Shown one piece after another: positions 30,442 to 41,124 of a stretch of 64,000 bases of DNA; the first letter of the stretch is position 1; each line of letters begins with the position of its first letter. Made by a program: the position numbers and the translations under genes. The notes beneath the pieces were generated by a model. It was not told the origin of the DNA. It saw only the letters and a program-made list of their open reading frames with translations, and did no database searches. Source of the stretch: Candidatus Tectimicrobiota bacterium (GTDB lineage Bacteria > JACPUC01); assembly GCA_016192455.1 (NCBI GenBank), contig JACPUC010000030.1:62001-126000 (forward strand), in the 5' to 3' direction.

Positions 30442-32043
30442 ATGTCGATCTCCTTCCACCCCTATCCCATGGACATCCCGGAGCGCCTGAACATGGCCGA
30501 TTGGGCCATCGACCGCTGGGTACGCCAGGGTCACGGCGACCGGGTGGCCTTCGTAGCCCCGCACCCTGCCGGCGGGGGCGACGCCATCCTGGAGCTCACC
30601 TACGCTGCCATGCAGGAGCGCATGAACCGCGCCGGCAATGCCATGCGCGCCCTCGGGGTGGGGCGAGGCGAGCGGGTCCTGGTGCGCAGCCAGAACACGC
30701 CGGAGATCCTCGCCATCGTGCTGGGGTGTTTGAAGATCGGCGCCGTGCCGATGGCCGTCTCCTCGCTCTTCCGCTCCGAGGAGCTCGCCTACATCTTGCG
30801 CAACAGCGAGGCCGCCGTCGCCGTCTCCTCCCAGGAGCTGGCGGGGCCCCTGCGGGCCATCAGGCAGCGTGTTCCCACCTTGAAAACCCTCGCCACCCTC
30901 GGCGGCAGCGAAGCCGGCGAGACCGCCCTCGAGCCGCTGCTCGCCGCCTCGTCCGCCGAGCTCGCCTGCGCCGACACCCGCCGCGACGAGGCCGCCTTCG
31001 TCTTCTACACCTCCGGCACCTCGGGGAACCCAAAGGGCATCTGCCAGGCGCATCGCTACGTCATCGGCGCCCTCGATCCCCTGGCCCGCTTCCTGGTCCA
31101 GTTTCAGCCCCACGAGCGCATGTACAACCCGCATGAGATCAGCTTCAGCTACGCCTTCGGGTGGACCTTCTTCATGCCGCTGCTGGTGGGCGCCTCTAGC
31201 ATCCTGCACCTGGGGCGCATCGAGCCGCGCTCGCTCCTGCAGAATATCCAGCGCTTCCGGCCGCAGATTCTCGCCTCGGTGCCGACGCTCTACAACGCCA
31301 TGATGGCGCTCGACGACCGCCAGGCCTACGACATGCGCTCCCTGCGCCTCATCATCTCCGCCGGCGCGCCCCTGCACCAGGAGCTGCACGCGGAGATGCG
31401 CGCCTACTTCGGCTGCGAGGTGCGCGAGGCCATCGGCCAGTCGGAGAGCCAGACCTTCATCGGCCAGTGGGGCGACCGGCCCAGGAAGCCGGGGTCGCTC
31501 GGCTACCCCCTGCCGAGCTATCACATCCGCATCCTCGACGAGGAGGGGAAGGACTGTCCCCCCGGCGCCATCGGCTCCATCGCCATCCGCGACGACCACC
31601 CGTCGCTCTTCATCGCCTATCAGGGCCTGCCGCAGTTCTGGCAGGCGAACCACCGCGACGGTTGGTACCACACGGGCGACATGGGGCATCTCGACGGAGA
31701 GGGCTGCATCTGGTTCGACGCGCGCGGCGATGACCTCATCAAGAGCCGCGGCTACCTCGTCTCACCGGACGAGATCGAGCGGGTCCTGGCAGGCCATCCC
31801 GCGGTGGCGGAGGTGGGCGTGATCGGCGTGCCGGATGCGTACTACGGCCGGCGCCTGCGGGCCTACGTGGCGCTGCGGCCCGGCGCCGCGGCAGGCGAGG
31901 AGGAGCTGAAGCAGCACGTGCGCGAGCGCCTCGCCCCCTTCAAGACGCCGCAGGAGGTGGTTTTTCTACCGGCCATGCCGCGCACCGCCACGGGCAAACT
32001 GCAGCGCGTTACCCTGCGCCGGCTGATGGAGACGCAGGGGTGA
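30442..32043 (+). CDS. Acyl/aryl-CoA ligase (ANL family)
   Basis: YTSGTSGNPKG, SAGAPL, IGQSE, WYHTGD, PRTATGK. Confidence 0.9.
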   Translation: MSISFHPYPMDIPERLNMADWAIDRWVRQGHGDRVAFVAPHPAGGGDAILELTYAAMQERMNRAGNAMRALGVGRGERVLVRSQNTPEILAIVLGCLKIGAVPMAVSSLFRSEELAYILRNSEAAVAVSSQELAGPLRAIRQRVPTLKTLATLGGSEAGETALEPLLAASSAELACADTRRDEAAFVFYTSGTSGNPKGICQAHRYVIGALDPLARFLVQFQPHERMYNPHEISFSYAFGWTFFMPLLVGASSILHLGRIEPRSLLQNIQRFRPQILASVPTLYNAMMALDDRQAYDMRSLRLIISAGAPLHQELHAEMRAYFGCEVREAIGQSESQTFIGQWGDRPRKPGSLGYPLPSYHIRILDEEGKDCPPGAIGSIAIRDDHPSLFIAYQGLPQFWQANHRDGWYHTGDMGHLDGEGCIWFDARGDDLIKSRGYLVSPDEIERVLAGHPAVAEVGVIGVPDAYYGRRLRAYVALRPGAAAGEEELKQHVRERLAPFKTPQEVVFLPAMPRTATGKLQRVTLRRLMETQG

Positions 32044-32132
32044 ACGTTGCCTCCGCAACGGCCAGGCAGAGACCGGTGCGCGGCGATGCGATCAGGAAGA
32101 GCGGCAAGGGGGTGGCGCGGGCCGTCGCGGCG

Positions 32133-32465
32133 CTAGTTTCGGCTGACGCTCTCGTACAGCTTCTGGAAATCGGTCTTCACGTCATCGAGCCAGGTGACGC
32201 CGATCCACCTGAAGCGTGGCACGAGGTACTTGCTCGCCTGCGAGGAGAGATCGAAGAGGAAGTGCTGGTAGACCTGCTCGGCGCTCTGGGCCTGTGTGCG
32301 GTACTCCTGCGCCAGCCGCTTCATGACGATCTGGGCGTAGTTGAACATGGCGAAGCGTTCGTTCTCCTCCTTCTTGTCATACGGGTTCTCGGCATTCATG
32401 ACCGGAAGGAACACCCGTTCATTGAGGAACTGCAGAAGCTTGTCACGCGCCATCGAGTCTGCCAT
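32133..32465 (-). CDS. Hypothetical protein
   Basis: Host-like codon usage, AGGAAGGG upstream; no motif recognised. Confidence 0.6.
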   Translation of the reverse strand: MADSMARDKLLQFLNERVFLPVMNAENPYDKKEENERFAMFNYAQIVMKRLAQEYRTQAQSAEQVYQHFLFDLSSQASKYLVPRFRWIGVTWLDDVKTDFQKLYESVSRN

Positions 32466-32836
32466 GCCCTTCCTACCTCTCTGCAATGCCATCGTCTGGG
32501 CGCACTCCGCGAGGGTACCCGGCGTGCGCGTGCGCTGCCCCCCTTCCGCGAGCCATGGTAGATTCTCATCTTAGCAGACCTCTCCCCGCCTGCCAAGACG
32601 TGCGGGGAAGGCGGCCGCGCGACAAGGAGTCCTGGGGGAAACCGCGCTTTGACTCGAGCGGCGGGGCGGAGGGCTGAAATCCCCTTGCAAACTCACGGAG
32701 CTGGCCCGATGCTACGAGGGGAAGAGGCGGTTGGAGGTTATGAGCGCGGACGGTCCGCGCCACGTGCGCCTGGCTCGCCGGGGACGAGGAGCGGCGGGCA
32801 GGGTCGTGGCGCGCTTCTAGCAACGAGGAGACGAGG

Positions 32837-33715
32837 GTGGGGTATCCGCAGCTCTGCACGTTGCGCGAGGCGGTGACGGAGGTGCCGCAGGGGGCCTTCA
32901 TCGTCATGGCGGGGACGAACGACATGGCGCCGATGGCGCTGGTGCGCGAGCTCGTGCGCCAACGCAAGCGGGGCCTGCGCGTCATCACGGCGCCCACCGG
33001 CGGCTTGAACGTTGATCTCCTCATCGGGGCGGGGTGCCTTGCGAGCCTCGAACTCTCGGCCGTCTCCCTGGGCGAGTTCGGCGCGGCGCCGCACTTCCGT
33101 CGCGCCGCCGAGACGCGGAGCCTCGACCTCAGGGATACGACCTGACCCGCCGTGCTCGCGGCGCTCCAGGCTGGAGCGCAGGCCCTCCCCTTCGTGCCGG
33201 TGCGCGGTCTCCTGGAGAGCGACCTCCTGCGCACGCGCCCCGACTACAAGGTCGTTGCGAACCCCTTTGACGAGAGCGAACAGATCGTCCTCGTGCCGGC
33301 GCTGCGGCCGGAGTTCGCGCTGCTCCACGGCTTCCAGGCCGATGCCCATGGCAATGTGCTGCTGCCGGGCGGCCTGGACGGCGTGCTCGCGGCGCAGGCG
33401 GCCGAGCGCGTCATCGTGACGGTGGAGGAGCTGGTGGATCACGATCTGTTCGAGCACCCGCGTCCCGGCGTGGTGCTGCCGGCGCTCTATGTGGAGAGCG
33501 TCGTCCTGGCGCCCTCCGGCGCGCGCCCCACGGGCTGTCCGGGATACTACGAGGTGGATGGCGCGGCGATCCAGGACTACCTGAGAGCGGCGGCTGACCC
33601 CACCGCCTTCGCGGCCTACCTGGCGCGCTCCGTGCTCCGCCCCGAAGGCGAGGAGGGCGGCCGCGAGGACTTCGAGACCGCAGGAGCCGCCGGGGGGAAG
33701 CGCGTGGGCAGCTAG
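32837..33715 (+). CDS. Class I CoA-transferase-fold alpha subunit, putative selenoprotein (Sec103, TGA 33143-33145)
   Basis: ORF-track pieces 32837-33145 and 33152-33715 are in one frame; read-through gives 292 aa with DTT-U-PAVLAALQAGA; SECIS-like hairpin 33161-33179. Confidence 0.85.
33161..33179 (+). promoter_or_regulatory. Putative bacterial SECIS element
   Basis: GCGCTCCA-GGC-TGGAGCGC, 8-bp stem, G-initiated loop 23 nt after UGA. Confidence 0.7.
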
Positions 33716-34001
33716 GGCCGTGGCCCGGCGTTTCGGTGCGGCATGGCGGGGCGTGATTCGGCGGCAGGCATGGTGCGAGGCAACCGTCTCCCACCGCCTG
33801 CCGGTGGGTTGCATCCGCTTCGTCGTCGCTCCCCTCAGCGCGGTCGCCTTGACCAGTGGCAGAGGCGTAGGCTGGGAGGGCGGGGGATCAAGGCCCCTCA
33901 GCCAACGTGAGCCTTCGTGACGCGGCACGGATGCCGCGCGCGCGCCGGAGCCCAGCAGGCGACGACTCCCTCAGAGGTGCGACGCGGCGGGAGGAGCGTG
34001 A

Positions 34002-34760
34002 ATGGAGGCGGAAGCGTCCTGGACACAAGCGGAGATGCTGGCCTGCATCATCGCGCGCGAGCTGCGCGACGGCGAGACCGTCGGCGTGGGAGCCGCCTCT
34101 CCCGTGCCCGCCGCGGCAGCCCTGCTGGCCCGGGCCAGCCACGCGCCGACGCTCTGCCCGCTCATCATCGGCAGCCCCGCCCACTTCCCCTTCCGGGGCG
34201 GCAGCAAGGAGTTCTTCGATTTCGCCCAGCGCGGCGGCCTGGACGTCTTCTTCCTCAGCGGCGCCCAGATCGACCTGCGCGCGAACATCAACCTCCACTG
34301 CATCGGGCCGTACGAGGCGCCCAGCGTGCGGCTGCCGGGAGCGCGCGGCTCCGCCATGCTCTACTACATGGCGCGCCGCACCATCCTCTTCCGCACCGAG
34401 CACACGCCGCGGGTGTTCGTGCCGCGCGTTGATTTCATCACCAGCCCCGGCGCCAGCTCGGCCGGCGTGTTTCGGCGCGGGGGGCCGGACAAGGTCATCA
34501 CCCCGCTGCTCACCTTCCGCTTCAATCAGCAGGCGGGGGAGCTGGAGCTGGCCGGCCTGCACCCCGGCGTGAGCCTCGACGCGGCGCGCGCGCAGACCGG
34601 ATTCCCGCTGCGCTGGCAAGGCGGCGAGGCGCCGCGCGTGGCGCCGCCGACGGCGGAGGAGCTGGCGGTCCTGCGCGAGCGCGTGCGCGACGAGCTCGCG
34701 CCCATCTATCCGCGCTTCGCGGCAGGCCAGATCAAGGCGCCGCACGCGGCGCAGCCCTGA
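34002..34760 (+). CDS. Class I CoA-transferase-fold beta subunit
   Basis: ARELRDGE.VGVG, DVFFLSGAQID..ANIN, RLPGARGS, FVPRVDFITSPG, LHPGVS. Confidence 0.88.
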   Translation: MEAEASWTQAEMLACIIARELRDGETVGVGAASPVPAAAALLARASHAPTLCPLIIGSPAHFPFRGGSKEFFDFAQRGGLDVFFLSGAQIDLRANINLHCIGPYEAPSVRLPGARGSAMLYYMARRTILFRTEHTPRVFVPRVDFITSPGASSAGVFRRGGPDKVITPLLTFRFNQQAGELELAGLHPGVSLDAARAQTGFPLRWQGGEAPRVAPPTAEELAVLRERVRDELAPIYPRFAAGQIKAPHAAQP

Positions 34761-34933
34761 GTGGCAAGGCCCTCCCCGCCCCTCCAGCCTCGACGGCTGC
34801 GGCGGCGCAGCAGCACGTAGTCCCGCCCGCCGATCTCCCTCCATCCTATCTCCACGTCTATGGCAAGCCTTCGGCGCCGGTCGTTGGGCGGCGTTCCCCT
34901 AGGGTATCGCGAAGCAGGGCGAGGCTATTTTTC

Positions 34934-34962
34934 TTGCAAAACGCCAACGCCGACACTATCAT
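34934..34962 (+). promoter_or_regulatory. Putative sigma70 promoter
   Basis: TTGCAA-N17-TATCAT with AT-rich upstream tract. Confidence 0.5.
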
Positions 34963-35170
34963 TGGGTCCTCTCTGTCAAGGACCTGCGCAGGTGGCTGGG
35001 GGCGCAGGGGCAGCGGCTGTGCCGCTCGCGACGAGGCGGAGCGGCGTGGCGGGCGATGAGGCCGTAGTCCCGCGGAGGCGCCGTGGCATGAGCTCCGGGT
35101 AAGCGACGGAGCTGTTCAACAAGCGACAAGGGTGCTGGCGAGTGCCCATCGCAGGGGAGGCGTAAAGAGG

Positions 35171-36529
35171 ATGAAGAGGTATCGTGGTGCGAATGCAGCG
35201 CGTCGGGCCGTTGTGGCGGGGGTTGCCATAGCGGTGCTTCTCCTCAGTGGCTCCCTGGTCCTGGCGCAGCGTCCCTTTGGTCCGCCTTCGGGGGATCAAG
35301 CCGGAGTGCGACCCGAGGTGCCGTCGCCGCCGCCGCCGCCGCCGCCGCCGGGTGAGCCCAGCAAGCCACCCGTGCCGAGCAGTCTGGCGGATCTGTTGGT
35401 GGGATTGCGGCCGAGCGGCGGCGGCGCGCCGCAGGCCGGAACAGGTCCTGATATCAATGCCACCTTCTCCGGCCAGGTGCCGGGGTTCATTCCTCTGAAC
35501 ATCGAAGTCAATATCACGGAATCCGAGGGGGCGATCAGCGGCTCGGTGAACGTGCTCCAGGGTCAAACGCTCTTGACCGAGTTCGGCATGAGCGGGGAGT
35601 ATGATCGCCAGATGCGCAAGGTGACGTTGAGCATCCAGCTCGATCCGCCGCTGTCGCTGAGCGGCGAAGTCTCTCCCGATGGGAACATGATCGAGACCGA
35701 CCTGGGGATCGTGCTCTTTCGCGGCGGTGGACGTGGGAGCCCCGTGGAGGGGCTGTTCATCGGCTCCCTGGGCGTCTTCCAGGTGCCCCTCCTGGGCGAG
35801 ATCGATATCAGCCTGAGCGTGGAACTCTTTGAAGCGGAACCTGGGAGTGTGGATGGGTTCTTCGACACCCGCGTGGGCGGCGAGTTCCTCGGTTTCGGCG
35901 AGGTGCGGGGGAGCGCGGCGCCCGCCGATCAGAGCGGCGCCCGCCATCTCACGCTCACGTTCTTCTTCCAAGACCGCACCGAGGTGACCGTGGAGGCGGT
36001 GCTGCCCTTCGATCAGCGCGTCCTCGAGGTGCCGCAGTTCCAGTTGCTGCTCCACCGGGGCCGCTTCCTGGATGGCACGGTGGAGGAGATCGGCGAGGAC
36101 CAGTTCACCATCTTCAACGAGTTCAGCGAGGAGCGGTTTGTGGTGCGCGTCAGCCGCAACACCCGCTTCCTCCTCGGCCCCTCTATTCTTGCTACGCACG
36201 CTGAGGACGTGGAGGGCGAAGCCCTGGAGGAGGACGCGCTGGATTTCGTCGACGAGGGCGTTCTGCGCGGCAAGGCCGGCTTGCAGGCCCTGCGGCAGGG
36301 TGAGTTCGCCTTCGTCTTGGCCATCGAAGGGCTGCCCGATGAACCATTGCTGGCGCTGGAGGTGGAGCAGGGGGGCTTCTTCGATGAGGGCGAACTCGAC
36401 TTTGAGGAGAACGACGACTCGCTGAGTGATGGGTTCGCCGATGGTGGGTCGCTCGACTGCGCGCCGGACGATACCGCGTGCCTGGCCGGCCTTGCCGGTG
36501 TCGACTCACTATTTGGCAATGGCTCCTGA
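35171..36529 (+). CDS. Secreted acidic beta-rich protein with poly-Pro linker
   Basis: Signal peptide, PPPPPPP run, acidic C-terminus; no family recognised. Confidence 0.65.
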   Translation: MKRYRGANAARRAVVAGVAIAVLLLSGSLVLAQRPFGPPSGDQAGVRPEVPSPPPPPPPPGEPSKPPVPSSLADLLVGLRPSGGGAPQAGTGPDINATFSGQVPGFIPLNIEVNITESEGAISGSVNVLQGQTLLTEFGMSGEYDRQMRKVTLSIQLDPPLSLSGEVSPDGNMIETDLGIVLFRGGGRGSPVEGLFIGSLGVFQVPLLGEIDISLSVELFEAEPGSVDGFFDTRVGGEFLGFGEVRGSAAPADQSGARHLTLTFFFQDRTEVTVEAVLPFDQRVLEVPQFQLLLHRGRFLDGTVEEIGEDQFTIFNEFSEERFVVRVSRNTRFLLGPSILATHAEDVEGEALEEDALDFVDEGVLRGKAGLQALRQGEFAFVLAIEGLPDEPLLALEVEQGGFFDEGELDFEENDDSLSDGFADGGSLDCAPDDTACLAGLAGVDSLFGNGS

Positions 36530-36574
36530 TTGCGCTTCGTGGCCGCGCCGCACGTTCCCGCCCGCAGTAACGAA

Positions 36575-36603
36575 AATGGGGCGCCCGTGGGGGGCGCCCC
36601 ATT
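36575..36603. terminator. Hairpin between convergent genes (likely bidirectional terminator)
   Basis: AATGGGGCGCCC-loop-GGGCGCCCCATT, 12-bp stem. Confidence 0.7.
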
Positions 36604-36659
36604 GTTGTTGACGCGCCGGCCGCCGGTCGCCGGTCGCCGTGCCGGGGACTCCCCCCATC

Positions 36660-38205
<1,546 letters not shown>

Positions 38206-38624
38206 TCGCTGGTTGGTAGGTGAAGTGTAGGCCGCGCGCGCCGCAAAATCAAGCACGGAGTGCGGCATGCGGGGCCTCGCCGCGATACCCGGCCAGCGGC
38301 GCATGCTGAGCGGTCGCACGGCGCCGCCGACGCGCCTCGAGTCTTCGGCGGCACGAGACCAGCGAGCGCCGAGGCCCACTGCTTTCTCCCGGCCATCCCC
38401 CCAACACTCGCCCCCCAGCCCCGCGCCGATCTCCCATGGCGGGGTGTCCGCCGTTGCGTTATCTTTAGCAAAACTCGCCGCCAGGACAGGCGGCGAGGTT
38501 CCTGGCGCTCCAACCCGACGACCGCAACGGCGAGTCTCTCAAGGCCGGCGCGGCGGTGGAGGGCTGGCGGTGGCGCGCTGTCCGCGCGCGGCGGAGCCTG
38601 CCGCCGGCGGGGAGGGAACGGGGC

Positions 38625-39683
38625 ATGAAGACCATGGAAGCGGCCATGGCGAAGACGCCGCAGGCGTACTTCCAGGAGGTGGCGCGCTACAAGACGGAGC
38701 CGCTCTGGATGCGCCTGGCGGAGGTCCTCACGAACGAGCCGCCGGTGCGCGCCCTCCCCTGCCTCTGGCGGTATGCCGACATTCGCCCGCTGCTCCTCCG
38801 CGCCGGCGAGCTCCTGACCGCGGCGGAGGCCGAGCGCCGCGTGCTCATGCTCATGAACCCCGGCCTCGAGGGAGAGGTGGCCGCCACGCAGACGCTCTAC
38901 GCGGGGCTGCAGCTCATCCTTCCCAGCGAGATCGCGCCGACCCATCGCCACTCCCCGGCGGCCTTCCGCTTCATCGTCGAGGGGGAGGGGGCTTACACCT
39001 CCGTGAACGGCGAGCGCCTCATCATGCACCCGGGCGATCTCATCCTGACGCCGGCCTGGGCCTGGCACGACCACGGCAACGAGACGGACGCCCCCACCGT
39101 TTGGCTTGATGGCCTCGACGTGCCCTTGGTGAAGGGGCTGGGCGCTGTCTTTGCGCAGCCGTATGCCGCCGGCACTCACCCCGTGGCGCGACCCGACAAC
39201 GCCTCCTTGGGGCTTTACGGCGCCGGCGGCATGCTGCCCCTGGGCGCGGCGCACGACGGCCCCCACTCGCCCCTGCCGATCTACCCCTGGAAGCAGGCCA
39301 GGACCGCCCTCGAGCAGGCCGGCGCGCCGACCACGCCGCACGACGGCGTCATCTTCGAGTACGTCAACCCGCTGACCGGCGGCCCGATCTTCCCCACCAT
39401 GTCGGCCTACGTGCAGATGCTGCGTCCGGGCGAGCAGACGCGCCGCCACCGCCACATGTCGAGCCACGTCATGCACGTCGTCAGCGGCAGCGGCGTCAGC
39501 ATCATCGGCGATGCGCGCCTGGAGTGGCGCGCCAAGGACACCTTCGCCCAACCCGGCTGGATGTGGCACGAGCACCGGAACCTCTCGGCGAGCGAGCTGG
39601 CGTTCCTCTTCTCCTTCTCGGATCGGCCGGTGCTCGAGCGCTGCGGCCTCTACCGTGAAGAGGATCGCGGACCGCAGGGATAG
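38625..39683 (+). CDS. Gentisate 1,2-dioxygenase-like bicupin
   Basis: AERRVLMLMNPGL, APTHRH..AAFRF, WHDHGN, WLDGLD, EYVNP, WHEH. Confidence 0.9.
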   Translation: MKTMEAAMAKTPQAYFQEVARYKTEPLWMRLAEVLTNEPPVRALPCLWRYADIRPLLLRAGELLTAAEAERRVLMLMNPGLEGEVAATQTLYAGLQLILPSEIAPTHRHSPAAFRFIVEGEGAYTSVNGERLIMHPGDLILTPAWAWHDHGNETDAPTVWLDGLDVPLVKGLGAVFAQPYAAGTHPVARPDNASLGLYGAGGMLPLGAAHDGPHSPLPIYPWKQARTALEQAGAPTTPHDGVIFEYVNPLTGGPIFPTMSAYVQMLRPGEQTRRHRHMSSHVMHVVSGSGVSIIGDARLEWRAKDTFAQPGWMWHEHRNLSASELAFLFSFSDRPVLERCGLYREEDRGPQG

Positions 39684-39812
39684 GCCGCGGGCGGCCGGGG
39701 GGCTGCGCCGCCTCACGGCGCTGGGGAGGCCGGGTTGCACGCAGTTCCTGGGCGAGGGGCTGGCGCGCTTCGCGGCGCGAAGATCCCGAGTATTCTCGGA
39801 AAGGATAGGTGC

Positions 39813-40655
39813 ATGGAGCTCTCCCCGGGGGTCTATCACATCGAGGTGCCGTCCCGCACGCTGCCGCCGGCCAAAGCGACGAACTCGTACCTCATCGGCG
39901 CCGTCGAGCTGACGCTCATCGACGTGCCGCGCACCTGGGATACGGCGCACAACCCCATCGCCCGGGAGCTCGAGCGGCGAGGCAGCCCGCCGTTGCGGCG
40001 CGTCCTCTTCACGCACTCCCACATGGACCATTACGAGGGCGTGGATGACATCCCGGCCCTGGCGGGCGCCGCGCTCATGGCCCATCCGGTCGAGGGAAGG
40101 GTGATCAGCGCCAACCTGAAGACGCAGCGCGTCGAGCACGATCTCCAGGATGGAGATCGGCTGCGCGCCGACGGCATCACGATCCGCGCCCTCTTCACCC
40201 CTGGCCACGCCCCCGGCCACCTTTGCTACTACCTCGAGGAGCCGCGCTTCCTCATCTCTGGCGACGTCATCCTGGGCTTCGGCACCTCCGTCATCAGCCC
40301 CCCCCAGGGCGACATGAGCGAGTACCTCGCCACCCTCGAGCGCCTCAAGCAGCTCGACTTGGCGATGATCCTGCCGGCCCACGGACCGATGATCCGCGAC
40401 CCCTACGCCAAGATCCAGGAGTACATCGAGCACCGCCTCAGGCGCGAGGCGAAGGTGCTCGACGCGGTCCGCCAGGGGCACGCCACGCCGGAGCGCATCG
40501 CCCGGGCGATTTACGGCGAGGAGGATTTCCGCGTGCACGGCTACGACCTGCTGCCGCGCGCGGCCCGCATGGTCCTTGCCCACCTCCTGAAGCTGGAGCG
40601 GGAGGGCCGCATCCACCGCACCGCCGGGGCGCGCGTCGATGCCTTCGCGGCGTGA
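39813..40655 (+). CDS. MBL-fold metallo-hydrolase (LACTB2-like)
   Basis: THSHMDH, TPGHAPGH, SGDVILG, PAHG. Confidence 0.9.
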   Translation: MELSPGVYHIEVPSRTLPPAKATNSYLIGAVELTLIDVPRTWDTAHNPIARELERRGSPPLRRVLFTHSHMDHYEGVDDIPALAGAALMAHPVEGRVISANLKTQRVEHDLQDGDRLRADGITIRALFTPGHAPGHLCYYLEEPRFLISGDVILGFGTSVISPPQGDMSEYLATLERLKQLDLAMILPAHGPMIRDPYAKIQEYIEHRLRREAKVLDAVRQGHATPERIARAIYGEEDFRVHGYDLLPRAARMVLAHLLKLEREGRIHRTAGARVDAFAA

Positions 40656-40769
40656 GGGAGGGCGACCATGCCGCGGAGGCGCGTCCGGCGCCCACATTTT
40701 CAGATTTTCTGCTTGCGCGGCGCCTGGGGATGTGCTAAAGGAGGGTCACGCAAGAAAGGAGGTGGTCCG

Positions 40770-40811
40770 ATGGCATTACCGTGTAGGACCTGCGAGGTGA
40801 CTGAGCGGTAG
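40770..40811 (+). other. 13-codon small ORF (MALPCRTCEVTER) in an apparent stand-alone small transcript
   Basis: Preceded by AGAAAGGAGGTGGTCC; followed by a hairpin and a terminator. Confidence 0.5.
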
Positions 40812-40886
40812 CGCTTTGCGCCGCGACTCGGCGAGATTGCAAAGCGCCAGCGCAACAGCGCTATTGCAATCCAATCAGTTTCACCG

Positions 40887-40954
40887 ACCCTGAAAGCGCC
40901 GCGGTAAGGTCCCCGCGGCCGGCTCCGCCGTAAAAGCTTTCAGGGTTCTTTTTT
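40887..40954 (+). terminator. Intrinsic terminator-like structure
   Basis: ACCCTGAAAGC...GCTTTCAGGGT followed by TCTTTTTT. Confidence 0.7.
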
Positions 40955-41124
40955 GCCTGCAGGCTGCGCCGCCAGCGGCGCGACTTTTCCCCGCCTGCTT
41001 GCCCACCTTGCTGCACCGTCCTTGCGTGCCAGAAGTGTCCGCCTGCCGAAGCGAGGCTCGCTGCTCCATGCCCAGCACACCTGCGCCCGGCGCGAGCCGC
41101 TGGGAGGATTGGGGGCTGCCCTCC

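Noticed and set aside
40753-40768. Fragment of a 16S rRNA gene on the minus strand
   Set aside because: The match is limited to about 16 nt; adjacent 16S sequence is absent
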